From Saccostrea echinata (lineage: Eukaryota): a stretch of DNA of 64,000 bases. The notes under the pieces were generated by a model. That model was not told where the DNA came from. It saw nothing but the letters and a program-made list of their open reading frames with translations, and did no database searches. The DNA is taken from contig NW_026889782.1 in assembly GCF_033153115.1 (NCBI RefSeq), positions 20,026,001 through 20,090,000 of the forward strand, read 5' to 3'. The position numbers and the translations under genes are program-made. Shown here piece after piece: positions 13,701 through 29,093 of this stretch. Position 1 is the stretch's first letter. Each line of letters begins with the position of its first letter.

Positions 13701-16700
13701 AAAATTGGACGTTGTTTAATTCGGATGTCCGACATTGCTTTTCAATCGATTTTAGAAACATATTTCTTGCTTTTAAAAGTATATTATTACTATCTATCGA
13801 GTAATTGATAGAAAATATATCAAAGAATAAAGACAGTCACTTTATATGCAAAACAATGATTTTTTATTAAGCTTTGACTTGTTTAATGAAAAATATAATC
13901 ATTTTCATCCAAACAATTTATTTCAAAGTTCATAGAATTTAAACCCTAGGTCATGAACACTATCTGCAAATTTTAGAAACCGCGATTTTACAAAGAAATA
14001 TAAGTTCAACCAATCGAAACCAAAACATTTTTATGGTATTCATAACAAATACTTTGGTATGAAACAAGTATTTCTAGTGCCATTTAGTTTGACGATAAAC
14101 GTCATTGTCCAGGAACTCTATGGACAGCCGTCGTATGCTTGATAATAATATGACTAAAAAGTGAAAAAAAGTGATAATTTTACTGTAATATACTTTCATC
14201 ACATATTTTTTTTTCTTTTTATCTAAGGAAAGGTAAAATAACCAACAATTAATCATCAGCACATGTCAGAAATCTAAAATTCGAACACGAAAAGTTAATT
14301 ATACACATTTTGTTTCTTATAATTAAAGTGTTCTTCATGATAATAGTATTTACTGAAAGTTTCAAAGATGTAAACTTGATATAGTCGTTAGCTTCTAGTC
14401 TTGTTCCTGTCTTTTTTCAGGCAAATTTCATTTCATAAGGGATAAATACCTTTCAGAAGGATCCACCATTCGATAGAATATCATGCCCATTTCTCCTTTA
14501 TCAGACATGTAACAATCACTACAAAGGTCATAATCTTTGTTTTCACACTTCCATCGCACGCCTCTAATTTTTCTTCCACATTCATCACATAATATTCTAT
14601 GATCAACACCTGTTAAATCCAAACTCTTGACAATGATAACATTGCTAAATCATTCCAGATATATAATTTTTTCCTACTGTATTTAAAAGAGATTGTAAAA
14701 AAACTAATGAGACAGAACGATACTGACAAAATAGGTTCCTGTAAGATCGCGTGAAAGGTGCAGCGTACGGATTTATGGCGTTCGGATTAACGTGGCGCCA
14801 TTTATCTAACTAATCTGGGTTATCATATAAATGTGTGTTTACCTATTTGACTGGAATCATAAAGTAAGATTGTTTTGTTTTTTGAAATAATTTCCTCATT
14901 CTTTTTATTATCCCACTGCACTGTGAGTTTCGAATCTTTCTCAGGCATTTTCTGACCACTATCTATTTCGGACCACCTGAAGTTTCGTCCTCTGTTCCTT
15001 GTCTGGTTGCTGTCCTCATCTGTTATATCTTGCAAAGTGTCCTGTAAAAATTGGAGTTGAAAAAATAGCTGATTTATGATATTATGATATAAGGATACAA
15101 AAACAATGGTTTTATAATATAAAATCTGTAAATAAAAAAGATTTATACGTGTTACATGCATAAGATGACCCCCAAAAAAAATCTGTATTGTGAAAGCCAG
15201 TTTCTCTCTCTTCGCCGCCTCTCCCTCCCCATCGTTAATTAACCCTTCTTACAGATTTTGTTAATTTGTATTGATGGCATTTCAAACATATGATGTTTTG
15301 TATCTTATCTTATATTGACAGAATCAGTGATTTGGTCGTCCCTAAATCAGGAAACCTTGTTCTTATCGATTATATTTAAGTAAGATTAACATAAACAGCT
15401 GATTAACCATTGTCACTTTTGACGTCACTCGATCACGTGGTAGCTGTCTAATTAACTTGGTTTTTTAATGCAGGGGTTTTCATTTGACTTAATAAGTATT
15501 GAGAAACCGCGATTTACCCGCAGTTCGTGTATTGATACCGAGTATTGTCAGTTTTATGGAACCTAACTTAATGTCCCAAGGAGCACTATTCCAAACAATC
15601 AATTCTGTATATCATTGAAATTTGTGTATCATTTTAGAAATCTTAACTTGTACACGTGCTGTGTGTTTTTCTTTGTGTGTTATGCTTCATGTTCTAAAAT
15701 TGCAGAAAAAGCAATCCAATTAAAAATATGGATAAAATATATTTTAGAAATAAGAATGCAGTTCAAAACTCTTCAATTTGATAACAAGGGTATTGAACAT
15801 AAGTTGCGTATTTCATATTTTTATTACTCTTTCATTGCACAGGGTGTACTGTCCTATGGCGGATGACAAAAAATCGGGGCCTTATCAGGGAATTGAAGAG
15901 TATTATTTCGAAATAAAAATATTAAATATAATAAGTGGGGCAAAATAATCATATTTTCAATTCATTATCTTTTATGTCTTCAATTAGAAAATTGCAAAGA
16001 ATGTTCCTAAATTTTTGGCTGTTCTCCGAGACTTTTAAATGGGGAAGTAATAAACGCAACAAATGAAAAATGGCAACGTTTGATGACGTTACGGCGCACC
16101 AGAGAGCAAAACAGTTATATCTTGATTGTATTAACGCTTTAAGAGACTTGAAGATAATTAGAATACAATTGGAATTGGCTTTTTTTAAAGAGAAGCCTTT
16201 TGGTCGAGTAATCAACTATTGGCAATATTGAAAGGTGCTGTCTTTGCAGATCGACGTAAAAAAGAGTACATGTTTAAATCAGCGAAAGTGATTATCAATC
16301 CCCTGTACAAGTTTTTATAAGGGCCCATGTGTGTGCTAAATTGGTCCTTCGATTTTTATTTATTTATTTATTTATTTTTTTTTTTGAGAAATGAAGGGAA
16401 AGTCGAGTGTGTGTATCAGTAAATTTCTCGGTTTTTATGTGGGGCTTATCCAACTTGAAAACACGAACGTGACAATGCTTTTGAAGTAATCATCCGTGCA
16501 CTGTACGTCGATACCGCACATAACATAAAATCCAAATTCCCTTGTTTGAGCTTAAATTCTTCAAAATTTGCTATATATATTGATGAAAAATGGAAAACAG
16601 TGTTGACTTTTTTTTTTACTCCAGACTACTTGTCCACAATTTTACCGGATATATATATCGAAAGGGGGTGTAGTTATTTGTGCAATGATATTTGAAAGTG

Positions 16701-19700
16701 CGATAAAATACTGTCGCTTTGCTATACTTGCACTGTAGCCTGTGTTAATTTTTTTTATCACATTTTATAAAAATATATAAAAATTTTATAAATAAGAAAT
16801 ATTCAATTTATGATTTTTTTTCCTCCCTCTTTTCTTACTTCAATTGAAATAACTGTGCCAACATATTGTTCTTTTTTCCCTTCTCTGTATTTTTCAACCA
16901 CTCGCATCCCCGGTTTTGCATTTTCTAATCAGAAAAAAAAATAAATTAATATGTTTTAAATGAATACATTCCTAGATGATATCCTGAAAAAATAACAAGT
17001 AAAAAAAAAAACACACGAACAAAATCGAATATGAAAAATGTATGTTTCATTTTAAAAAGTAGGTTCTCAAGAACACAGGTTGAAATTTTGCTAGCCTTAC
17101 CATTTGTAACAATCTGTAAATGTTCTTCATAATATTTTAGTCCTTTTCCTGGCGTCACACATTTCAAATCAACCCTTCCTTCTCTTCCAACTCTGAATCT
17201 TTCCTCACTCTTGCCATCTTCCCATTTCACGAGTGCATCGCAGTTGAATAAACTCGACTGTTCGTCATTTAATTCCTTTACTTTGCCTGTGCATAAAAGA
17301 AAAACAAATCTCTATAGGAAAAGAAAGCTTTTCAAATCTGACAAGAAAATATTTTATTGATTGATTGTACGGTGTTTCACTCCGATTCGAGAATTTAGCA
17401 CATAGATAGAGACTTCACCGTATACCGGTTAAGGGCTTCAAATTTAAAGCTATGCACGGCATTCCTGACACGGTATTTTTAAGGTCTCATCCGAAACATT
17501 CGTGACCCTCACCTTTGATACCGTGTGCTTGCCGAAGGAACAATCACTATGGTATCAATATTTGTCATCTCCCTCGGGAGATGACACATCAAATTTGAAA
17601 CCTGGAAATGAAGTTCTAGTGTAAGCTACCATTGATAAACTGGTGGTCTGGCAAATGTGATCTGATACTGTCTTGATTTTGAATATAGAGATGTAAACAA
17701 TGAGCGCCATGTCTTGTTATTATTAAAGAAAATGGGCCATCTTTTAGAGAGACTGTTTGGGATGCATCAAGGGTAAGAGAGGAAAGCTAACTTCTTCAAA
17801 ATACACTGTATTAAAATAAGACATACCACAGAGTCTGATCCATCGGTTCAAATTTGAATATTTTACGAGAAAAACACTTTAATGGTAACCGAACAACAAA
17901 GCTTTATGATACAAGTGATGGCTTCAATTTTTCAATCGTCAACTCCCCTTACTTATTAAGCAATATTCCTTTATCAACTGCATGTGGGGCTTTTGTTTCG
18001 CGGTTGATTCGCTACGCAAGCGCATGCTCTACTTATAAACACTTTTTAAAACGATGCAAGCTATTGGCAAACAAGTTGATGAAAGTTGATGAACAGTCTC
18101 GTTTGAAGTCATCATTTCGTAAGTTCTATGCTCGATACAATGACCTTATCAGCAAATACAATGTATTATTAGGTCAAATGCTGACTGACTTTTTTCATAC
18201 TAATGCCTAGGACATTATTTACACACTGAACTATCCACGGATTTTCTTGTTTTTACTCGATCATTACAAGGAGCACAAGGCGGGTGCGACCACTGGGTAG
18301 GGATGCTCACTCCTCCATGGCACCTGATCCCACCTCTGATGTTTTGGAGGTCCGTGTTTGCTCTGTTCCTGGATTGTCATTGGTCATTTGCAAAACTATT
18401 TTGTTAAAAAACATTCTGATTGTACACACAAGTACGCGGGTATGTTAAGGTTACACCCAGAGATATCCTACTTGCCTTCACAATATGGCGTCATAGTAAG
18501 CTGTATGACGTGAACTATAGAAATAATGATTTCTTAATATCTATCTTTAAAGTTTAATTTCAGGTCCAAGAAAAGAACGGAATCATTCAAAACATAACAT
18601 AAACTAAATCTTGTCGTTTTTGGGTGGTATAAATAGCTAATTATTTAGCACGGGGGTTAAATACCAAACCCATGACGTCATAACCATTGATCAAATATTT
18701 GCCGAGTGAAATGAAATTCATGTAAACAAATATATGAAATGGGAGTTTTAAGGCATATACCATGAATGTTATGTGTGATTCATAAGGAATTAAAGATTAA
18801 GAATCAGGTACGCTGATATATTCTTATCATGTTTTCTTATAATGAACATAGTCAGTGCTTTGAAATCCCAATCAGCCTTTCCTCTCTCGTTCTATAACAA
18901 CAAGGATGCAAAAGTTCAACACTACGCCGCATACTTTGAAATATAATTTTTGTTTGTATCGAAAGCTTGTATTCTATAGTACTTGGAAAGTGCTGCTAGA
19001 ATCGTGTGGTTAACATGAATTGATAAAAATTCCTTGATCGTATGTATAAAATGTAAAAATTTTGGTAAGGTTTCATGCGAAACTTTGGAATATTTTTTTC
19101 TGTGTCAGGAGAGTAGGATTCTAGCAGCACTTTTCATGGCCCAGTGATGTTTTTACATAATTATTTTCACTAAAAGAAATGAATTATCTCCGGGGTAGTG
19201 TTGAACTTTTCACTTTTTCATTAAGGCGATTTTTCTATTTATAGACGTCACGTGATGACGTCGTAGTGGAGTGCTTCTTTTAGCCTAAGACTCAATGACG
19301 TCTATACAATGGATAATAATAGTAAATGATTTATCTATGGTTTTTCCGATTTATCAATGTTACATTTTACGAAAAAAGTCTAAATTCGCCGAAATATGAT
19401 CTGGGTACTGCCTTAACATACCTGCGTACTCTGAAGTTAACATTTAAAAGATGCTTGAGTTGCTGATTGACAATATCTATGTGGTTTTTGGAGACCAGGT
19501 CTTCCAACAATCTATTGGATTCCATGGGTACCAATTGCGCCCCGTTATTAGCAGAACTTTTTTTATATTCATATGAAGCAGAATTTGTCCAGAATTTGTG
19601 AAAAGAAGAAAACACTTGCTGTGGCATTCAACTCGACATTTAGATATATCGACGACGTATTGTCAATTAACAATGGCTATTTCCATTCTTATGTCGATAC

Positions 19701-22700
19701 GATATATCCCGGTGAGCTTGAGATAAAAGATACCACAGAGTCTGACACAGCTGTTTCATATTTGGATATTTTACTTGAAAAAGACGTTAATGGTTATCTA
19801 ACAACCAAGCTTAATGATAAACGTGATGACTTTAACTTTTCAATCGTCAACTTCCCTTACTTACGCAGCAATAAACCTTCATCACATGCATACGGGGTAT
19901 ATATCTCTCAGTTGATTCGTTACGCAAGAGCATGCTCTACGAGTGTGATCGGTCGGCAGGGGATGCTCACTCCTCCATGGCACCTGATCCCACCTCTGAT
20001 GTTTGGAGGTCCGTGTTTGCTCTGCTCCTATTTTGTATTGTTTAATGGACTTTTGAGCTTGAATACTGTTCGTTATCTCCATATATTTCATGGCTTATGA
20101 GCTAGATTACTGTTCGTTTTCTCCATCTTTCATGATAATTTTAATAAGTAAATTAACATACCTCTATTGAAATCAGCTTGTTTCTTTTGGTAAGCTATAT
20201 ATATTAAAAGTAAGCTATATGTGTATTGCAAGAAAAATACATTGATTTTTTTTTCACTTCCCTATCCTATTTTCGAAGTATTGTGTACATATACATGTAT
20301 GTTATATAGCGTTTGATCCTGAGCAGCAGAGGGTATGATGCAGGAGGGGCTCATTTTTCCCTTTATATTCCACGTGCCTCGATGGCCAAGTCACATAGGA
20401 GTATAAGATTAAGGAAAGTATTTGGAAATCAATTTAGTGCTTGTGTAATTTATTATAGCGCTTTAAAACTTCTTGGCTGCTAAGCGGCTTTAAAAGAAAG
20501 TCGAAGAACGCTAAGGTTACCCAGAATAATTCTTTGCTAATTTTTACGAATATTGATCAGTAGTTTCAATCTTATCCACAGTCATTGTACTAGAAAAGAT
20601 ACTTAAAAACAATTTAAAATGAATTAAGTATATTTTCAAACAGGCATTTAGCATCAGGAGGGCAGCCCCCTCCCACTATTTTCATAACATTAACTTTTAC
20701 TGCTGAAAATATTCATTTAAAGGCGGCTGCCTCCACCTTTTTGCAGTAAAGTCAAATCGTCCCATGGGAATGTATTAATAAAATATTTCTGTCGGGAAAA
20801 AAATATTACAATCTCCCCTCTCCCCCTCCAAGTAATAGCATTTTTGAGTTTGGACCCCCTTTTTCCTTGTTAAAAGTTGTTCAGGTACGTTGTCAAATAT
20901 TTTTTCTGTCCCCTTTTTTTTCAAAAACGATACTACTGTCTGTAAATTTGAGAAACAAATTACATTTCGTTGTTTATTCAGGGACAAGAATGAAGCCAAA
21001 CAGATGATATTTCAGGCTTTCTAGAAAGCCAATCTTGTTACTCCTCACGTTTGACGCGGCGCAGCGAACGGGAATCGAACACGGGCCTCCCGATCACTAT
21101 GCGAACGTCCTACCACTAGGCAACCCTGACTGGTATTTTTTTTTAATATTTTCAAAACAAGTTGTCCGTTATAAAAAAAACCGTTAAATTTGCGACTGCA
21201 TTTCAGAATATGTCAAGTTAATCCATATTACACATCTCTGTAGCTAAAGTTAAACTTTCTTTTACAAATTTCTTGAACAAGCAATGCATCATTGATATTT
21301 GAAATTACTTTTAATTCAATTAGATATGTACATGTAGCAATGAATAAAATATCAACCCTTCGAAGTCCCTCTTTATATGTTTAAAATAAAATTAATAAAG
21401 ACACAAATCAAAATTTTATCTTTAATAAAGTGCTTACCTATTTTGCTAGAGTCTCTTCGTAAGGCCACCTTAGCACCTTTAAATATTCCATCTACTGATT
21501 TGTAGTTATTCTCCTTGAAATCCATAGATCGAACTCCTACCTCGACACTAAAACATTCAATTTAGTAATTCATATTTTATAAATAAGCTCTCACTCCTTT
21601 TTAACACAACAAGATCATGGTGTACAACGTCAAGACTAAAGAATTCTTCCTCTTTGATTTCAAAAATTGACTCCATATGGTGGACCAAAATATAACCCTT
21701 ACGGGGCTATAAATAATCAAAGTTGAATCCATTCATTACTGAAATTCTTCACTATAAATACCATCAGCGTGTTCTGGTTGTTACGGAGAGGATTTTTTCT
21801 GTAATACATGTGAAACGTAAGTCTCTAAATTTTGGTCCAGCATAACGTCAACGCTCTTAATTAAAAAAAACCCTGATCTATACTAATGTCGTATGTTTTG
21901 CTTATAAATGATTTAGTGTGGTATTAAAAAGATTTTTTGCTTTATAATTGTATTATAATTGTATAATCTGATCCCCTATTTTAACCTAAACCTATTTCTA
22001 AGGATCCTGATCTGAACACACATTGGTCTACACTACCCTAACATATCATCTGGATAATCTATTAGGAATTAAAGTTTCTTACTCGTGCATGCTGATTTTT
22101 TCATCAATTATTTTTTAATACGTACAAGAAGTCATTTTAAATCCAAGCCTAGGCTTTTCCTCTCTCATTCTTAAATACAAAGATGCAAAAGTTTTACACA
22201 AAGTTGCATACTTTGAAACTGTTTTGTTCAGATGTAAAGATTGTGTGTTTATAACACTTGTAAATGCTGCAAGAATCATGTAATATACACGAGTCGGTAA
22301 AAATCCTTAACAAATTGAAGTGTGGACTAATTATTTCTGTAATTGAATAGTTCGATTCTAGCAGCAACTTTAAGGGCCCCGAGATGTTTTTACATACTTA
22401 ATCTTACCCGAACAAACAGTTATACACAAAACTTTTCACTTTTTCTTATTAAGGCATACTATTTGTTGTATGGATATCGCCTTATGATGTCATTGTCGTT
22501 AATCTTAGACGATCTGGCGCCTATACAACGAACACTGCCTGTCTTCTTTATTAAAAAAATGATGAAAATAAATCAGCATACCTCACATGAAACACTGTAT
22601 TTGTTTTTTAACTCCCATTTCATATATTTGTCTATATGAATTCTCGTTCGGTTTCATTTTCACTCGGCAAATGTTTGTTTGATAATTGTGAAGTCATGGG

Positions 22701-25700
22701 TAAAGGCCCTTTCACAATTGGCGCACGAGCACTTAACAACACTTTTGCGATCGGAATGTTTCAGTTTCGCGCGAGCTCTCGCATACGTTGCACGATGTCT
22801 CGCATTCGTTGCATGCGTTTTACTGGTCGCATCAAGTCTCCTCAAAATAGTGGACATACACACTATTCAGACGCGACCGAATGAGATCCAAAATACCGAA
22901 ATGCAACGCATGAACATTATTACGAACGTCTTACAACGTTTTGTGTACTCGCAAGAGTGATGCACGATTTCCAAAGGTCATAAGATGAATCGCGGCTGTC
23001 TATGCGTGTGTTTTGCGACCATGAGACTGTTGCTCAACTGTCTCATTTAATCTTGCAACGTTTTACTTTCATTGCACGATTTATCAGCTTCAATTTGCCA
23101 CGATGTCCTTGTACCAGTAATCTAGTGATATTAGTGCTCCACTAACTTCTGACCAACAGTACCTTACTGCTTTCCAAAATCGGAAACGGGATGTATATAT
23201 ACCCCCTCTGACTCGCACGAGCATTCGTACCATGGAACGCATGATCGCACAAGAGCCGCACGTCCAATCGCACTGCCGCATGTTCAATCGTCCGATCACC
23301 TGATCAGTCGCGCGATCCTATCGCATTATCTTACAACACTCGCTTTCATTGTACAACAGCCGCATATAGACACAAGATTTAATGCTTCTGCATCGCACAA
23401 CGGTCGTTTTAGATCCTGCGAATTTCGTACGAATACTTTTTCATATGCGATTATCTCGGCAACAGCTTACGATCCAAATCAAAATTTCTCGGTCGCACGA
23501 ATATTTTGTCGCTTCTGCTCGTGCGCCAATCGTGAAAGGGCCTTTAGGTATTTAACCGTTATGACAAAAAATTATATATCATCCACAAATGAAATGATTT
23601 AGTTTATTATATGTTATGCTTGTTTCTATTTATTTATAGGACTTCAAATAAATATTTAAATATATAACGAAATCGTCATCTTTAAAGCACATTTCGTATA
23701 TATAGCTTACTATGACAACATAAGGTATAGACAAGTAAGACTACCTGGGTGAGGCCTTTACATACCTGCGTATTCCTAGCGTCATCAACTTGAGTTTAAA
23801 TAAAATTTTGGTCTTGGCCCTTGGGTCAGGGCCAAGTTTAAAGATCAAGGACAAACTTTATGGTGATTTTAGTAAACAGCCTCTGTCAACTTTTACTATA
23901 GTTTAAAATGGATTCTACCCTCGATCTTGACCAATATTCAAAGTCCAAGGTCAAATGTCCTATTCTAGGCGTCACCATTAAAAAGTTAGTTTTGATGAAG
24001 AAAGCTCAAGATTTGAAGGGGAAATAGCTGTCATTAGAAGACGACAAATCTTTTCGTGATAAGTAGATTTGAAAATCACTGATAATAATAGGAGACAGTG
24101 GCCAGAAGAGTAGCGATACCAAGGTCTTTTGTGCAAAGTTCAGGAACTTTTGAGTTTGAACTTTGAGTCTGAACTTTGAGTTTGAACTTTAAGTTTGTAC
24201 GAATTCAGAGTTGCAAAAGTCATGTGGCTTTATATGTGCCGAGCAAAGATGCAAAGATCTATAATTTATGTTGAAAGAAAAAAAAGATATAAAAAGAGCT
24301 GGATATCTAACATATGCAATTTAAGAGGTCTTTTTAACGGAATTTATAAATACCTTATAATCTAGGTGTTGCCTTTACATATCTGAGATGTGTCCCCTTC
24401 CTTTTAAACTTGAATCCCGTTCACCTAGGGATACAGGACCCAAAAAAGTATATTGATATGAACAAAAATTCTGACGAGAAACGAAAGACGACGGTAGACA
24501 CTTTTCGATCAGAAAAACTGACTTGAACTTTGGCTCAAGTGAGCTAACAAGAATGTCAATCAACACTTCATTTGTATATCTTTTATTTCTTCCTTACCTG
24601 CGCGAATAATTGTCTAGTTTTCTATGAAAAGGATGGTTGATATTATGCTTATCAAGCATGTAACAACGCGTACATAAATCACAGTCTTTGCAGAGAAGGC
24701 ATCTCCATTTTATGCCACGTATAGGACATTCCTCGCATTCATCACATTTGTCGATGTCGTGTTTGGCACCTATAAATACGGATAGTATCAGACATTTAGA
24801 AAATATTTTAAAATATATTTGACAACTATATAAAATTTTTCAGCAGATTGTTAAAAGACCTGGTGTCCAAAGACTATATGACAATTTTTGATTGGGAACT
24901 CATGTATCTTTTATAGCAATCCGTGGAATTTCTTATGGGTTCTATTTGTGTACCTTTTATTAGATGACCTATCTTTGTATTCGGAAGTGGAATTCATCCA
25001 AAATATTCTTATAAAGATGAAATGTATTAAAATGCCTACAAAAATTAGTTCCTTGATGTTGTTTAAAAAAAAAAACTTCCAAACTGGTTTGTGGATTACA
25101 GACTAGTTTATTTATTTCTTTAATTTTTTTTCCTCTCACCTTGGTCATTAAGACAACTATTGCTTTTTTGAAATTTGAACATTTATTTTCTGTGGGCGTT
25201 ACAAGATTAAATATTTACGATACCTTAACAATCATTTTTTTTTAATTTTAAATCTTTTTGAATTATTCATGCATGTCTTTCAAAATTTTAAAATAGAGAT
25301 TTTTCTTTACAAAATGTACATGTGTAACAAAAAGGTGCATAGATACTGTTCTATTTTAATTGCTACTTAAACATATTGCATTTTTAATTTATCAAATGAG
25401 TGTAATTATTATGGTATCTTATCTATAGACTGTTTCACGATAACTGCGGTACTGCTCTATTGCAGGGCAAAATGATGTATTTTTGTGAAATATGACATAA
25501 AAGCAATTGTTTAATATACCTCATTTAATTATCTTTCGTCAAAAACTTCGCCAAACGTTATTAATTTGCCCTGCAAAAGAGCAGTATCCCAGTTATCGTG
25601 AAAGGGCTAATTTCTTCAATCTATAATGAATCACGCAGCCTACTATCAGTCTGTCAACCTTACATCTTGTGCTTCTATTCGATATAATTCTTGATTTATC

Positions 25701-28700
25701 TTGAGCTTTTAAACACATATTTTTCATTCCCTTAAAAACTTACTTAAATTTAGGTATTGACTAGATGTTGCTTTTAAGTCCCATTCGAAATTTTTTCACG
25801 CATAAAGAGACGCCATCATATACCGTTCATGGGCTTCAAATTCAGACCTTTACTCGGCACTCTAGATCTGGGCCACTAAGCAGTGAGGTTTCTTTATCAT
25901 ACCAACGCCTTTCACTTCTAATGGTTGGCGCTTGGCGATCAAGGAGGTAGTCCTTATCAATGTTTACGTCTTAGGTTTGACGCAGGGTGACGAACGAGAA
26001 TCGACCCTGGGCCTCCCGAACACTAAGTGAACACCATACAACTAGGCTAACAAGACAGGTATTTTAAATTTGGATAGAATGCGTATGAAATATTGTTATT
26101 ACATTACCTGTTTGAGCATTGTCCAGTAATAACAAGGTATTGGTCACATTTCCCCCCATCTTTTCTTGCACTTTATATAACTTGGGCTTGTCTTCTAAAT
26201 CCCAAAGTACGTGAACTTCGTCATTCTCTGCTTTGACCACGGTTCCAACACAGTCTTTTCCTTTACAATCAATGTCTTTCTTTGCATAATCCGGACTTAA
26301 CACCACTCTTTGTCCTTGTTTAATTTTATCTAAATAAATGAAAAAGACGATTCGTCCTGTTTAAAAGCAAATAATCAAATTCTACAAATTTTAACAATTG
26401 GTGTTCAATGTGTTAGAAATTCATTGTATAATACACTAGTAAGGAATTTGGTAAATTAAGCTTACCTCCTTCGTAAGCCTCTTTAATTGTATATCCAGCG
26501 AATGTTTTACACTCATAAATTTTGTCTTTGATGGTTGGGTGATCTTGGATATCCTGCCATATATCAAAGCATTTTTATTCAAACATTAATGAATTTTTGT
26601 TGATAGGAAGATTTGTACAAAAAGGTCTATTGGTAAGTTATTGAGCAAAAATATAAAAGCACACCCCTATGTCCCTATAATTTTTATTTTGATTTAAATT
26701 AAAGAGACAAATTAATCTCCGCTTTCATAATAAAACAATATAGATAAACTATAAACTGGTGTATATGTAGCACCAAACACAGATAAGGAAATACCCCTTT
26801 CTTTTCTTTATCTTCATCGTCTTCAGAATCCATCCACACTTTTAACCAATTCTATAAAAAATAAATTGTACAAAAGTGAATGCGTATTTAAGGATTTTAT
26901 TTTTTTTGTTTCAGATTTTATCACAATTCATATACCTATATTATTTTAAGGATCGTTCCTTTTTTATCTCACTACATGTCTCTCTTTATGATTGATTAAT
27001 TGTTATTGTTTAACGCCGAGTCGGCAATATTTCAGCCATATTTCCGCGTTTTAAGTTTACGTTTCGGGTTGAAAGTTTTTTTGGTTTCCCTAGCGGCCCC
27101 CATGAGCCTACTCTTTTTCGAAAACCAGAGAAACGAAATTTTGCATGCAAAGGGGGTTGTAATCCTTGACACTGGGCTTTATGACGAAAGAAATTAAGAA
27201 AGAAATTAAGAAAGAAAGATGGATTAATAGATAGATAGCTAGAAAAATAGAAAGAAAGATGGATGGATGGATAGATAGATAGAGATAGATAATTGATAGA
27301 TTTTTTTTACATTGATAAAGCTGTGTTGTGATACTCTTTTTTAGATGATCTTCAGGAGTGAACATAATTAAACACTACCTCATTATTTGACATCCTCAAG
27401 GAATCCTCTTTTTTTCTACCTCCATCACCTTTTTGTTGTGCCTCATTTTCTTGCTGAAATAAATTTTCTTATTTTGTTCCATTTTTCATTGACTTAACTT
27501 TGTAAATATTCTGAAGTCATACGAAGTAATGTCCAGTGCATATTGGGTTATATATGGCAATGAGTGCATCTGACCTAATTTAATAGGTCTAAAGTTATAT
27601 TTTGTTTTTTTTTTATGTAAGGTAGCGGCAGCGCACTCGATCGAAATAATTAGATCACAAATAAACTTAGACTAAAGTGGCATATCTCCCTTTGCCTATA
27701 TGTTACTGTTCGAAGCTTTGCAGCGAACAAACATGTGTACAAATGACCAAGTTATTATAAAGAGTAATTTTAATAAAAAATGCCATAATAATGGCAAAAA
27801 CCTCGCAAATGATGCAATCAATAAACAACAACAACAACAACAAAAACTAGTATTTCTAAACCTCTCTCAGCACATATATAAAATTATCAAAACAATGAGA
27901 ATGAAAAAAGTAGAATATTTTTATACGAGAGCCGTTCAAAAATCAAAGGGACTTTGTCATTATTTACTCTTACAAACGTCAATTCGTAATGAAATTTTAC
28001 ACAAGCATACTTCTTAAGGTTCTAGTGAATTTTTATTACTTTAAGTAATTTCTCCTAAACTTATTGTTGGTTGGAAATTGCTGATGAAGAGGTAAGGACC
28101 ACGGCAAAAATTTTGAAAAACAAATGTGCAGATTCCAAAATTGTACTCATTTTTTTCCTATAATTAGCGACATAATTCAACGATTTTTTTTTCTCTTAAG
28201 TTTCTTTTTATTGTTTTATATTATGTATTTAAATTTCTGATGTAATACTTAAGTACTAATAGAAATATTTAACTTTCAATTTTTAAACATTTAAGGACAT
28301 CCGATCCTCAGCCAGGAAGGATAACTCTTAAATTTATCATTTTATTTAAAAAGTCTTAAAATGAAGCTTGAAATTAAGATCTTTTTGTGCAACAATTTTT
28401 TATTTTATGCATCTTCATATGATTCAAGGTTCTTTGAAGTCTTAGAAACGGTATTGTGAAAAGTTAACATTTTTACCCATAAAAGAAAAAAAATGAATTC
28501 ATTTTAGAGAAATTGAATTTCCTTTAGTCTAGCATTAGATATCACTGCTTATTAGCATTATATGAAATTAGATGTGATATGTGATGTCTAGCAATGACAG
28601 CACAGGCTTTTTACACTATGTATTATATGACAATTAAAGTAAAAAGAAGAACTTAAATACTTTATAAGCGTAAAAAGGTGCAAATTTCTCCAAATGGCTG

Positions 28701-29062
28701 GAAACCTATATTTTTATGCCCCTGTATCGAAGATTCGGGTTATATAGTTTTTTCCCTGTCCGTCCGTCTGTCTGTTTGTCTGTTTGTCCGCAAAAGCATT
28801 AACATTGCCCATAACTTTTGATTGGTTGGAGCTATGGTTTTCATATTTCACATGTGTATTCCTGTATTCCTTGTGACAAGACCTTTCTTTGGGTACCACC
28901 ATATTTGTCCTTTTGACCTTGGAGTTTGACCCAGTTTTGCAAAATTTATCCAACTTTAACCTTGGCCATAACTATTGAACAATTGGTGCTAGGGCATTCA
29001 TACTTCGTATATGTAATCCTTGTGACAAGACCTTCCTTTGGATATCAACAACTTTGATCCTT

Positions 29063-29093
<31 letters not shown>

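Noticed and set aside
22636-23299. Overlapping ORFs on both strands
   Set aside because: Lie inside a GC-rich MITE with no recognisable protein motifs.
11480-26329. True mind bomb (mib1/mib2) ortholog
   Set aside because: No REP, ankyrin or RING exons follow; the chain leads into TRPM-like sequence.
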